Shown here one piece after another: positions 28,035 through 38,969 of a stretch of DNA of 64,000 nt (within the stretch, counting starts at the first letter, position 1; each line of letters opens with the position of its first letter). The notes beneath the pieces were generated by a model. The model worked only from the letters and a program-made list of their open reading frames with translations, searched no databases and was not told the origin of the DNA. Origin of the DNA: Dehalococcoidia bacterium (lineage in GTDB: Bacteria > Chloroflexota > Dehalococcoidia > Lucifugimonadales > UBA3495); NCBI GenBank assembly GCA_965262865.1, contig CBDHFZ010000003.1, forward strand, positions 214,566 through 278,565. Reading direction: 5' to 3'. The position numbers and the translations under genes are program-made.

Positions 28035-29303
<1,269 letters not shown>

Positions 29304-29601
29304 GGCCGCCAATGAGTCCAGAAGCCGCTCGACCTGTTGGGAGTTCCAGTAGTGGGAATCGTCATATGGGAACTATTACGCCAAAAGTTCCCATTCGGGC
29401 AAGCTGAGCCCACCACTCTAGCCTCGGCGCGAACCTGCGGCCAAGGGGCCTGAGCCGGCCTGCGGGCCGGAAATGGGAACTTTCAAACTCAAAGTTCCCT
29501 CGAGCCATCCTCCCGCGCCCTGCGCGAGATTCAGCCGGACGGGGCCGAACACCCTCTCTCCGAGGTGTATGGGCTTCAACCTGCCAAGGAGCGGCGCACG
29601 G

Positions 29602-30009
29602 CTATGCGCTTTCGAAGGGGTTCTGCAACTCGACACCAAGTTGGCTGAAGTCTCGCACGTTCCTGGTGACCACCGTGAGTCTGTGAACGATGGCCGTCGC
29701 GGCGATCATGGCGTCCTCGGTGATAGTGTCTGACCTCCGGTGCATGAGCCGCGCCCATTGCCTGAAGGTGGGCGCATCCATGGGCAGTACACCATAGGAA
29801 GCCAAGACCCTGTCCAACCAGACCTCCAGTTCCTCCGCCTTGGCCGTGTCCTGCTCGCGAGTGATCTCGATCCCCGCCTGTATCTCTCCAACTGTAACGG
29901 CAGACACGAAGAGCTGCTCCCCCGGCACGTCCGCGATCCAAGCAAGGACAGCACCATGGGGACGGGGGCGACGCAGTTCCGAAACCACGTTGGTATCGAG
30001 GAGGAACAA
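29602..30009 (-). CDS. vapC: PIN-domain toxin VapC
   Basis: FLLDTNVVSE, SAVTVGEIQAG, DAMIAATA, VVTRNVRDF. The likely TTG start at 30009 is 4 nt after the antitoxin stop; the ORF-track start at 30066 would overlap the antitoxin. Confidence 0.85.
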   Translation of the reverse strand: MFLLDTNVVSELRRPRPHGAVLAWIADVPGEQLFVSAVTVGEIQAGIEITREQDTAKAEELEVWLDRVLASYGVLPMDAPTFRQWARLMHRRSDTITEDAMIAATAIVHRLTVVTRNVRDFSQLGVELQNPFESA

Positions 30010-30013
30010 TTGC

Positions 30014-30274
30014 CTACTCCACGACCACGGGCGACCGGCGGCGATGCTGCCCGCGTGGCGGCACAAGGTCCTCGGTCCGCGCCTCCGATGTCAGGAGCAA
30101 CTCCTTGATGTCCGGCCTGGTCATTCGTTCCAGGTTCCGCCACTGCTCGATCGGAATGAGCACGGCGGTTTCCACTCCGCGCTTGGTGACGATCTGCGGC
30201 CCCTCGGCGAGAGTGGTATCGAGCAACTCGCTGAACCTTGACTTGGCGTCCTGAACCGGCCATTTCCTGCTCAT
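30014..30274 (-). CDS. Phd/YefM-family antitoxin
   Basis: MSRKWPVQDAKSRFSELLDTTLAEGPQIVTKRGVETAVLIPIEQW is a typical Phd/YefM N-terminal domain. It lies directly upstream of the PIN gene. Confidence 0.8.
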   Translation of the reverse strand: MSRKWPVQDAKSRFSELLDTTLAEGPQIVTKRGVETAVLIPIEQWRNLERMTRPDIKELLLTSEARTEDLVPPRGQHRRRSPVVVE

Positions 30275-30499
30275 TTTGCACCCTGACAAATTGTCTACTG
30301 ACTAGACCGCAGACTAGGATACATGGACATCAGTGTCAAGACTGAGGTCCATAGTTTCTGCACTTGGGCCCCAGTAGGCTAATCCGTTCCCCTGAGCCCC
30401 AATCCACCGATGCGATCCGACCTTGGCGTTGGTCAAGGGGTGCAGGGGGGAGGGAGTCCGACGATCCCGTTTTCGCCGTCCACCTAATCCCAGCCGTTC

Positions 30500-30906
30500 T
30501 TGAAGGCATTCGCCGACAAGCCCCTCCACATCCTCAACTTTCAAGACCAGTCGCACCGGCGATTCCGACATTCCCTGACCCTGGCTGATCTGGGCCAGGG
30601 TCGGCCCAGGTTTTTCCGCATTCAGTGTATGGTGTGCGTCAGCGCCCCGGTGATGCTCCAGCGCCGCCCGGCCAGCCTGCCCTCCTCCCGGGCCCACTCC
30701 AGCCCCTGCTTTGTCCGCCGGCTGATGTTGGTCCGCTCGATGGCCGCCACTCCAGCGGTAACCAGAGCTGCCGGCTGACCGCCGCCGGCCACATCCTGGG
30801 CGTCCACCGGCATATCCAGCACCTTGAGATCCACCTCCATGGCGTCCAGCCCGTTGATCAGCTTTAAAAGAGACAGCGTGTCTCGTCCCAGCCGGTCCGG
30901 CATCCA
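30500..30906 (-). pseudogene. Serine recombinase remnant (no catalytic N-terminus, frameshifted)
   Basis: PDRLGRDTLSLLKLINGLDAMEVDLKVLDMPVD...ERTNISRRTKQGLEWAREEGRLAGR in ORF 30622..30972, then an HTH-like EKPGPTLAQISQGQGMSESPVRLVLKV in another frame. Confidence 0.65.
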
Positions 30907-31152
30907 AAACCCGCAGGATCGTGGAGTGATTGGCCGGGCAGGCGGCAATTCGCACTGCCAAGCGATTTCCACTGGAGAAGGGCGGGATGCACGATGGAGT
31001 CTGCCACTGCCGCGCCCGCGGTGAACTCGAAACCAGTAATACCGGTAGACTCCGTTCTTGTGCCTATGCAGCAGAGCGCCGTCCAGCCTATATTAAGCCC
31101 GATAAGTTTTCGTTATGCACTCATACAGCCCCAAAGACAAGAGAACCATCAG

Positions 31153-32226
31153 ATGCTGAGAGCCGATTACAGCGAATCCATTTCCCAGGCGGTGTCCGGG
31201 ATAAGAGACACGCCATCACTGGAGGGGCGGAGCAAGGCGGCCATCGCGCAGGCCGTTGTGCTCAGGCTGCTGGCCGCCGCCGGATGGGACGTCTTCGACC
31301 TCTCGCAGGTGATGCCGGGATACATCACCGGTAACAGAAGCATCGACTTCGCCCTGATGTCGCCAGGCCAGCCCAGGGGAGCGGCCTCGCCCAGGGTGTT
31401 CATTGACGTGAGGCCGCCGGCCGAAAACATCGAGAGTCCCCGGATGGAGCGACAACTGCTGGCCCTCTGCGCCCGGGAGGAGGTACCCCTGGCGGCGCTG
31501 ACCAACGGATTGCGCTGGCTGCTCTTCCTGTGGTCGCCCGAGGGTGGCCGGATTGAAAGGCGCTTCTGTGAAATTGACCTCAGGGGGGACCCGGAGGCCG
31601 CGGCGGCGAACATCAACCGGTACCTGCCCAGGGATAGGGTGTCCAACGGGCAGGCCGCCAGGTCAGCGGAAAGGGCGCTCCGGGACAGTAACCGGGAAGT
31701 GGTGGACAGGCGGGCCGTGATCCAAGGCTGGCGCCAGGTGGTCGTCGGTTTCGACGAGGGTCTGATGGAGCTGGTCGCCATCGCTGCAGAGCAGAGGACC
31801 GGCCACCGTCCCGGCAACCGGCTGGTCCGCCGGGTGCTGGCGGAGAACCGCGCCGCGCTGCTGGCAGCGGGGACCGAGGACGCCACAGGGTCCGGCCCCG
31901 GCAGAGGCCTCCGCTCAACACCGGTGTCCTTCACTCTAGATTCTGAAACAAGGGATGTCACGTCCTGGTCCGGCCTGCTGGTGGGGGTGTGCCTGATGAT
32001 GCGCGACAGCCACCCCGGGGACTTCGAGAGAATTCTGGAAATACGAGGCAGGAAGCTGCCCTACTTCTCCAGGGCGGCCGGGGAACTGAATCTGCCCCGG
32101 CCCATCGGGGACACGGGCATTTTCGCCTCCTGCCATGGGACAGGGGCCCTGATCTCCGGGCGCGCCCGCCGGGTGGTGGAACACTTCGGACACCCCGCCG
32201 GGTCCTTGGTCATCCATTTGAGGTGA
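31153..32226 (+). CDS. Hypothetical protein with N-terminal HSDR_N-like PD-(D/E)XK nuclease domain
   Basis: The likely start is MLRADYSES (31153). AIAQAVVLRLLAAAGWDVFDLSQVMPGYITGNRSIDFALM...RVFIDVRPP...PLAALTNGLRWLLF follows the type I restriction R-subunit N-terminal domain pattern (D...D/E-x-K/R...TNG). The C-terminal ~200 aa are unassigned. Confidence 0.5.
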   Translation: MLRADYSESISQAVSGIRDTPSLEGRSKAAIAQAVVLRLLAAAGWDVFDLSQVMPGYITGNRSIDFALMSPGQPRGAASPRVFIDVRPPAENIESPRMERQLLALCAREEVPLAALTNGLRWLLFLWSPEGGRIERRFCEIDLRGDPEAAAANINRYLPRDRVSNGQAARSAERALRDSNREVVDRRAVIQGWRQVVVGFDEGLMELVAIAAEQRTGHRPGNRLVRRVLAENRAALLAAGTEDATGSGPGRGLRSTPVSFTLDSETRDVTSWSGLLVGVCLMMRDSHPGDFERILEIRGRKLPYFSRAAGELNLPRPIGDTGIFASCHGTGALISGRARRVVEHFGHPAGSLVIHLR

Positions 32227-32357
32227 CCTCTGAATTCAGCTGTCAACTGATCATGCGGCGATGAACCGGCGTCACAGGCACAGCGAGGCATCGGATTACC
32301 GAACGCCTCGCACATGCTGGCCCGGGGCTGACCGCAACCCTCAACTAGGACGGCTCG

Positions 32358-32595
32358 ATTACCCTCACTTGGTCCGCTCCCGATGACGGCTCAGTCACCG
32401 GCTACCATGACCTGTTGCACAGGCCCAAGGAGGGGGAGGAAACTTTCATCGTTTACGTCTCCCACCATGGGCAACACCGCGGCCACCGACACGGACACCG
32501 GGACCGACCTGGATATCGGGCACGGGTACCACGTCAAGGCCAAGAACGCTCACGCCCTGAGTGATGTGTCCAACTTCGCCAGGATCGACACTTGA
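32358..32595 (+). pseudogene. Fibronectin type III domain fragment, frameshifted
   Basis: ITLTWSAPDDGSVTGYHDLLHRPKEGEETFIVYV, then in another frame GNTAATDTDTGTDLDIGHGYHVKAKNAHALSDVSNFARID. It is an isolated piece with no signal peptide or gene context. Confidence 0.45.
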
Positions 32596-32714
32596 CTCAT
32601 CACCGGGAACACCGCAAGCGCCACCATGTACCACGTCACGGTTCACGCCGGTCGACACAACAGCACTCTGAAAAACGCTGCTCATCACCATGGCGGGTGC
32701 ACGATGCGCTGGCG

Positions 32715-32966
32715 CTACTCACGCTTTACGGCGCGCCTGACTGTCGCAGGCGATACGCCGAAGGACCTGGCTACGCGCCGCTGGCTTACCCCGGTGGCCA
32801 CCATCTGGATGGCCGCAGCCTCCTGCTCCTCGGGCAACCGGCGAGGAGCGCCCAGTTTCCTGCCGTCTGCCCCCGTCTTCTCCAAACCCGCCTTGGTACG
32901 GCGGCGGATGGACACCAGTTCCTGGTCGGACACCCAGGCGGCGAAGCCTGCCTGGGTGTAGCCCAA
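32715..32966 (-). pseudogene. Serine recombinase C-terminal (HTH) fragment
   Basis: ELVSIRRRTKAGLEKTGADGRKLGAPRRLPEEQEAAAIQMVATGVSQRRVARSFGVSPATVRRAVKRE. There is no catalytic domain upstream. Confidence 0.55.
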
Positions 32967-33116
32967 GAACGACTCCGGCGAATCGGGGTCGGCATCCAGG
33001 TCCCTGGGCCCAGGACTGTTCGTTATCGGCGAGGCTGCTGTCGATTTGTTGTTGTCCAGCGATTACGTCCCCTCAATTGAAAGGCGAAAATGTCACCCGA
33101 GCTTAGTCGGCGGCCA

Positions 33117-33749
33117 TTAGCGATGCGGCCAGAGCCTCGGCCTTGGCTCGCTCCTTGGTGCTGAGTTTTTGGTGGGCGGAGTGTTTGCCTCGGCGTACTT
33201 CTTCGCGGTGTTCTTGGCCATGCCCAGGTTCCTGGCAATGGCCCGCAGGGAGAGTCCCTGCTCTCTGGCCAGCTGTACCGCCTCCCAACGGGCCTCCTGA
33301 GTGGGCGTGGGCGTCCGATGCAACTGATGGCGAACTGGCTTAGTCTTACCTGCACGGCCTTTGGCCGCCTCCTTAGCAGCCGATTCCAGGGTGGAGAGGC
33401 GTTCACGTTGAGCCATGTCCAGGTGGCTGTTGACCACACCATCGGTGGCGTCCTGAAGCTCAGGACCGGGAGAGCAGCCGGTGTCTGCACCCCAGAGCGC
33501 CGAGGAGGGCGGCAGTCCCTCCTGGAAATCCACAGCCTTTCCCTGGTACCGGAGCAGCAGCTCCCCGTCGGCCCGTTCCAAGACTTCCACCCTGAGACCG
33601 GCGTAGCTGGGCCTCTCTGCCTCGGGCAACAGCTGCAGGATCAGCCACTGGTACTTCACGGTGTTGTCCCGCGCCACCTTGTATGTTGCGTTTACCCCGC
33701 GAATAGGCCAATTTGCGGGGTGGGTGAGAAGGGCGCGTCGCCGAGCCAC
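33117..33749 (-). pseudogene. Transposase C-terminal fragment (ISNCY/ISBst12-like tail) fused to an HTH segment
   Basis: KVARDNTVKYQWLILQLLPEAERPSYAGLRVEVLERADGELLLRYQGKAVDF resembles the beta-barrel tail of rve-type transposases, followed by REQGLSLRAIARNLGMAKNTAKKY (HTH). There is no DDE core. The family call is weak. Confidence 0.4.
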
Positions 33750-33902
33750 CGGGTGAGCCAGCCATCAAGGCTGTGCTGCACCGACCGCAAGTTCGACACC
33801 CTTCCCACCGCACTTGGTCGGTCCGAACGGATACAAGGGCGTCAGGGCCCGCATGTACAAGTGTGGAGGACAGCAGGCATCATCACATCCAGAGGTGAGA
33901 AC

Positions 33903-34025
33903 ATGGCAACGGTAGCCGGCGTCGACGTAAGCAAAGCCAACCTGGACGTCTCGGTTTCAGAAGGCCCGGTAGTCCGTTTCGACAACACAACGAAGGGCAT
34001 TACCAAGCTATGGTGGTGCATGTAA
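33903..34025 (+). pseudogene. IS110-family transposase N-terminal fragment (40 aa)
   Basis: MATVAGVDVSKANLDVSVSEGPVVRFDNTTKGITKL is the characteristic IS110 DEDD N-terminus. It stops where base composition changes. Confidence 0.6.
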
Positions 34026-34109
34026 TACGTTGCAACACCTACTATGCCATCGATAATCGACGTTAAGAAAACGCTGGCCTCGGGGGAATCGAGGTTTTCG
34101 GCCAGACTT

Positions 34110-34261
34110 CTAGTATTACAACGACGCATTGTCAGATGAGATAATCCTTGAGGCGGTTTTGAACACCAAAATGAATTCCGCCAAAGCTGAAACGAGCAGT
34201 TATTTGACCCTTGAGGAGATGGTAATCCGCACTTCTCCTCATACCGTCGTTGTAATACTAG
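34110..34261. repeat. 152-bp MITE-like element, copy A (17-bp TIRs CTAGTATTACAACGACG / CGTCGTTGTAATACTAG)
   Basis: TIRs read directly. A same-length element with near-identical TIRs lies at 40939-41091. Confidence 0.6.
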
Positions 34262-34586
34262 GGATTAGGTTAGAGATGCGCCATCGTGCTTGGCAATAGG
34301 GCAATGTCACCGGGCTGTCCAAATGCGATAGCCCTGAGGCCCCACCCCGACGTGCTTGACCGCCTCACAACTCCCAGCTAGTCTGGAGTTGTGAGGGCGG
34401 GCTTTCTAGCGCGACTTCGGGGCTTGAACGCGAGAGCAGTTGTTCATCAAAGCCCGGCTGGGCGAGGTGATGCGGCGCCAGGACCCCGCTTTGCGGAGCG
34501 AGCTCCTGTGGTAGGCCGCACTCCGGAGTATTAGTAACGTACGCGAGACTGGAGGGGCGGCAAGTCCTTTTCCGCATTGCTGACTT

Positions 34587-35612
34587 ATGAACAGTGATAG
34601 AGAATTAACGTTCAAAGAGTTGACGTGGGCAGAGAAGCAGTTCGTAGTCACAACTTTTGCAGAAGCCGTGGATGCCCATGCGTGCCTGAAAGCCATGCGG
34701 GATTCCAAGAAATGGGTGGAGTATTCAACAGTTCTGAAGGCACTGAACATACACGACTGGCCGAATTCGAAATCTAACCCGGTAGAACTCGCTTGGTGTT
34801 CTGCCTCGCTACACCACTCTGGATACACGAGGTTAGGAACATATTCGGTGTTCTGGACCCAATCGCTTGACAACACATCGAACAGGATCGAATTGTGGAT
34901 TGGCAGGACGCCCCACAGACCCGTGGAAGAGTCAGGTCTCTTGGGTGACGTCGACTTGGTTTCGGCAGTTATCCAGACCTACGGCATAAGGGTATTAGAA
35001 GTCCGAAAATACTACTCAATACCAAACAAGGTCTGGCGGTACAGGTGGTTTTTGCTATTCCGGGTTGTAGTACCTGTTGTAGTAGCAGGCGCGATGTTAA
35101 CAGTTGGATTCTTACAGTTGGGATTCACTATTCTAGCGTTCAGTGCGGGCATAACTTTTCTGTCTACGAATGTCTACGGTAGCATACTAACTCGCCGTTG
35201 GGGTCCATCCGGAATCCTATTTGGATACTTTGTGCCTTTGTTCTTCGTCAGTCCTTATGTCACTGGATTATTGAATGACGACTCTTTAACGCCAGCAACA
35301 GCAGACCCTGTAAATACGGTTGGTCTATTTCTGGCGCTTATGCTGGGCGTGATACTCGCTCTTGTTAGAGCGATACACGAAGATGAAACTTGGGACGACC
35401 TAAAGAGAACCCGTTTTAGAAGTTCAATTCGACTGTTCGTATTTATATGCGTAGCAACCACAACTGGATTCGGTATCCACGTGGGACATACCTTTGCGCT
35501 TCGTCAAGTAGTGGTAGAGGGAAATGAGCTTTTCGTTCTTCTAATCGGTTGTGGGGTGGTTACTTACTACGCTTTCTTGGTTAGTCTACTTAGACAAAAT
35601 GATGACCAGTAG
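34587..35612 (+). CDS. Hypothetical multi-pass membrane protein (soluble N-terminal ~170 aa plus 5-6 TM helices)
   Basis: 341-aa AT-rich ORF. Hydrophobic helices include WFLLFRVVVPVVVAGAMLTVGFL, FTILAFSAGITFLSTNVYG, ILFGYFVPLFFVSPYV, VGLFLALMLGVILALV, LFVFICVATTTGFGI and LFVLLIGCGVVTYYAFLVSLL. No family recognised. Confidence 0.65.
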   Translation: MNSDRELTFKELTWAEKQFVVTTFAEAVDAHACLKAMRDSKKWVEYSTVLKALNIHDWPNSKSNPVELAWCSASLHHSGYTRLGTYSVFWTQSLDNTSNRIELWIGRTPHRPVEESGLLGDVDLVSAVIQTYGIRVLEVRKYYSIPNKVWRYRWFLLFRVVVPVVVAGAMLTVGFLQLGFTILAFSAGITFLSTNVYGSILTRRWGPSGILFGYFVPLFFVSPYVTGLLNDDSLTPATADPVNTVGLFLALMLGVILALVRAIHEDETWDDLKRTRFRSSIRLFVFICVATTTGFGIHVGHTFALRQVVVEGNELFVLLIGCGVVTYYAFLVSLLRQNDDQ

Positions 35613-35868
35613 AAGCAAACAGCACGACCTAGTGGAGTCTCTTTAGGTATCGATTAAGAGAAGCGCAAAACACGCACGGTCCCGGCTGCGCCATTCTGTG
35701 CTGTTCCTGCGCTTGCTCTTGGTCCAGCTGGCCTTCATGCCGTGCTTTGGAGTAAGAGGCGGGTTTTAGGGCAGGGAAGGTTTTGGCCCAAAGCCTCGTC
35801 CCGGTACTGCGTGAGCTGGCCCACGAGCTTTGGCAGTATCGCAGCCGCCACTGGCAACGTGCTATCCC

Positions 35869-36422
35869 GGGTCGATTCTGGTAGGGGCAGGATCGTACGC
35901 TAAGGGGAAAGGCGCCGGTTGAGTGTGCGATAGACGGTTGGTCTTGAGGCGGAGAAGAGCTCGGCGAGGTCGCTGATGGAATACTCGCCCGTGGCATGCA
36001 TGCGGCAGAGTTCCCGCTGCTGTCTGTCGGACTGTTTGGGCTGCTTGCCGCGCAATTTCCCCCTTGGCGCGGGCGATGGCCATGCCCTCGCGGGTACGCA
36101 TGCGGATGAGATAGGCTTCGGGCTCGGCGAAGGTGGCGAGGATATTGAAGAACATCTTTCCCATCTGATCGCCCGGGTCGTAGAGCGCCCGGCCGAGGGC
36201 CAGTTTTACGTCTCGTTCCCCAAGCCGATCGGCGCTGGAATACCGCCCATCTCGGCGAAGCGGTCAGACAGCGGAAACACGCCGGCCTGACGGTCGAGCC
36301 CGAGCTCCTGGCACACATCTCACCCCTTGGGTGGGCCCACATCCTGCTCACCTACGAATACTGGTGGCCAAAGCGCCGATAGCAGCCTTAGCGTACGATT
36401 CTGCCCCTACCGGAGTCTACCC
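35869..36422. mobile_element. tnpR: Tn3-family miniature element (36-bp IRs) carrying only a decayed resolvase gene
   Basis: IR-L GGGTCGATTCTGGTAGGGGCAGGATCGTACGCTAAG (35869-35904). IR-R reverse complement GGGTAGACTCCGGTAGGGGCAGAATCGTACGCTAAG (36387-36422). Inner ends ...TCGTACGCTAAG match Tn21/Tn501-type IRs, from memory. Inside, on the minus strand, is MGKMFFNILATFAEPEAYLIRMRTREGMAIARAKG..., a frameshifted resolvase remnant. Confidence 0.7.
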
Positions 36423-36752
36423 GCCGGTGCGTAACACATCGGCGTCGTCAATGCAGTGCCGCCCGCCAGCGCAGACGGAACCAGGGTCGTCATCTCATCG
36501 CCGGTGTTGGCCCGCCCCGACGCGCTGCCGAGATCAAGGTGATGGTCTACGAGTTCCCCCAAGCCCAGGTGTTGGGCGAGGGTGGCAGGTAGGAATAGGC
36601 CGGCATTGGCCACCAGGCGGTGGTCGTCAAAGACGATGCAAATACGGTCGGGGGGTTGCGCGGTAGCATCAATTGGGTGCTCCTTTTCTGGGGTCGGTTT
36701 TTTATTGCAAAATCATTATCCCAGATTCAGAAGAGCACCTTCTTGCAGATTC
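36423..36752 (-). pseudogene. IS1380-family left end plus transposase N-terminal fragment, cut by the Tn3-type element
   Basis: Minus strand reads ...ICIVFDDHRLVANAGLFLPATLAQHLGLGELVDHHLDLG (the NAGLFL motif of the IS1380/ISEcp1-type N-terminus). The upstream ~90 bp aligns by eye with 51925-51994 plus 53902-53960. Confidence 0.6.
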
Positions 36753-37196
36753 AGGACGCCAACCTGACGCCCTCTATCGATGGATTCGGGATAAGGAGAA
36801 ACCAGATCACCACAGTCCTGGTAGTTGTTCTAGGTGTGGCATCTGCATTCTTGTCGTTGCCCAAAGAAGCCGAAGGTGGGGCCTTGAACCTTCAGCTATG
36901 GAAAGTAGTGGGGGTACTGATTGGAGTTTCCGCTCTTTCTGTCTTTTTCTTTGTGCTTCACGTCCAGTTAAGCTGAAGATCGGAGAAAAGAAAAGGACGG
37001 AGGAGATCCATGTAGTTCCTAAACTTACCTTGAAGCTGATGGCGTGATAGCGGAGAATCAAAGACGGCCAATTTGGGGCTGGCCGTCTTTGCTCCTATGG
37101 GAAGCAAGTCAAACTGCCGGAAAGGAGATTATGGAATGTGCGGCGATAGGGGTGTCCTCTCGGGTTTCAGTGATGACCAATGTGCGCTAGTGGCTA

Positions 37197-38350
37197 CTAA
37201 ACTAAAGCCAAGGTGAAATGCGCATTCGCCTGAGGCGGGGAATTGTGCTGGGAATTCGGCAGCAGTGCTTCGGCCCGTGACTGCAGTACCGTCCGGCAGC
37301 GGCGCCTCACCTCGTCTCTCCGGCTGACCAGCCCGGCCAGGAAGTTGCCGACCCTCTGCTGCACCAAGGCCTTGGTCCCCAGACACAGATTTCCAGTGGC
37401 CTCCTCTCTCGCCCAACCCCAGATGGCCTCATCGGCATTGAAGTCCGGGCTGTAGCCCGGCAGGTTCATTAACCTCAGCTCCAGCTCAGGCGTCCTGAGA
37501 TATTCCCGCACCGCCTCGCCACGATGGGCCGGCGCGTTGTCCCAGATGACCCGCATCGGCTCTGGATGTTTTTCCCTCAGTTGCTTCAGGAAGGCAACCG
37601 AGGTCCCGCTGTTGCTGTTGCCCTCCAGTTCCATCCATTCCACCTCACCCGTCTCCAGGCACACCGCCGAATAGTAGTTGGCCTTCTCCCCATACCGCGG
37701 GCTGGTCGAGTCCACCAAAGCAGGCTGGCCCTTCAGCACCCACTTGCCCCGCAGTTCCGCGTCCGCCCGGAAGTGGGCCTCGTCGGCAAAGAATATCCTG
37801 GCTTCAGTCCGTTGGGCCTCCTCCCTCAGGACGGCGTACTCCGCCACGAAAGCCTCCCGCTTGGCCTCATCAGCCTTGAGCAACCGCTTCTTGGGCCGCT
37901 TGAAGGCAAATCCCAAGCGGTGCATCCAGTTCAGGCAACTGCTGCGGCTCAACTCAATGCCGAGGCGCTCCGAGGCAAACCGCCGCACCACCTTCCAATA
38001 CCAGTTGGCCATACCGATGCCCGACGAAGCGGGAGGCTGTTGCACCGCCTCTTTCAATTCCTCCTGCTGCGCTTGGTCAAGGGCGGGGGGGAACCACCGG
38101 TCTGCTCGAATATCAGGGCTGCAGGCCCTCCCTCGCCGAAGGCCGACGCCCATCGGCCAATAGTGTGTGGGTCCCTTTCCAGAGTCTCCGCCGTGGCCGC
38201 TGCCGTCCAGCCCTGGGCCAGCAGCAGCACGGCGTACCACCTCTCCCGCTCCCTGGGCGTCGGCGCCAGGATCATCCGCTGTCGCAAGTCCTTGACTTCC
38301 ATCCGCCACTGTTCCAGACACCGGTCTATCTCCCTCACGCCCATCACCAA
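37197..38350 (-). CDS. IS630-family DDE transposase in two frames joined at a C7 run (38085-38091)
   Basis: ORF 38054..38350 gives the HTH part (...ILAPTPRERERWYAVLLLAQGWTAAATAETL...FEQTGGSPPP). ORF 37197..38321 gives ...PPALDQAQQEELKEAV...IFFADEAHF...VIWDNAPAHRG...LPGYSPDFNADEAIW (DDE). This is either programmed frameshifting or a frameshift mutation. Confidence 0.75.
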
Positions 38351-38437
38351 CCCCTCGTAACTCCCGAGACCAGCTAACCCAGTTCCTTCACAAATTTACC
38401 CTGTGCAACTGCGTATTTCACCTTGGCTTTAGTTTAG
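37197..38437 (-). mobile_element. IS630-family element (type 1), 1241 bp with 28-bp TIRs
   Basis: TIRs CTAAACTAAAGCCAAGGTGAAATGCGCA (37197-) and TGCGTATTTCACCTTGGCTTTAGTTTAG (-38437). The flanks are compatible with TA target duplication. It contains a two-frame transposase. Confidence 0.85.
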
Positions 38438-38969
38438 ACAGTGGGACGAAGCCCAACTCGTCGATGATCAGCAGGTTGAGCCGCGACAGTTGCCGCTGCA
38501 GCTTCAGCAGCCGTCTCTCGTCCCGAGCTTCCATCATCTCGTGCACCAGAACTGCGGCGATGGTGAAACCCACGGACATCCCGCGTTGGCAGGCGGCCAA
38601 ACCCAGTCCCAGGGCCACGTGGACCTTGCCGGTGCCGCTGTTGCCGACGGCGATGACGTTCTCACGGCGCTGGATGTATTCGCAGCGGGCCAGTTCCAGC
38701 ACCAGTGCCTTGTTCAGCGACGGGATGGCCGGGAAGTCGAAGGTGTCCAGGCTTTTTACGGCGGGGAAGCGGGCGGCGCGGATCCGCCGCTCCACCATGC
38801 GCTGGTGCCGGTCTATGAGCTCCAGCTCGGCCAGCCTGAGCAGGTACTGGGGATGATCCACACCCTCGGCGGCGCACTGGGCCGCCATCTTCCCGTATTC
38901 CCGGAGAAAGCTGGGCAGCTTCAGTTCCTTCAGATGATGCTCCAATAGCAGCGTCGACCGGTGGTTCAT
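38438..38969 (-). pseudogene. istB: IstB helper ATPase, C-terminally truncated
   Basis: MNHRSTLLLEHHLKELKLPSFLREY...VGNSGTGKVHVALGLG (Walker A)...LLIIDELGFVPLS (Walker B), then the IS630 TIR. A matching istB 3' end occurs separately at 55964-56135. Confidence 0.85.

Noticed and set aside
35629-36351. 240-aa minus-strand ORF across the Tn3-mini element
   Set aside because: It is the wrong frame relative to the recognisable resolvase remnant (35862..36164 frame) and is Arg/Pro/Ser-rich.
36620-36976. 118-aa ORF with two hydrophobic stretches
   Set aside because: Its first third overlaps the IS1380 terminal region that is repeated at 51925-51994, and there is no SD. A short membrane peptide encoded in 36800-36976 cannot be excluded, but it is unsupported.
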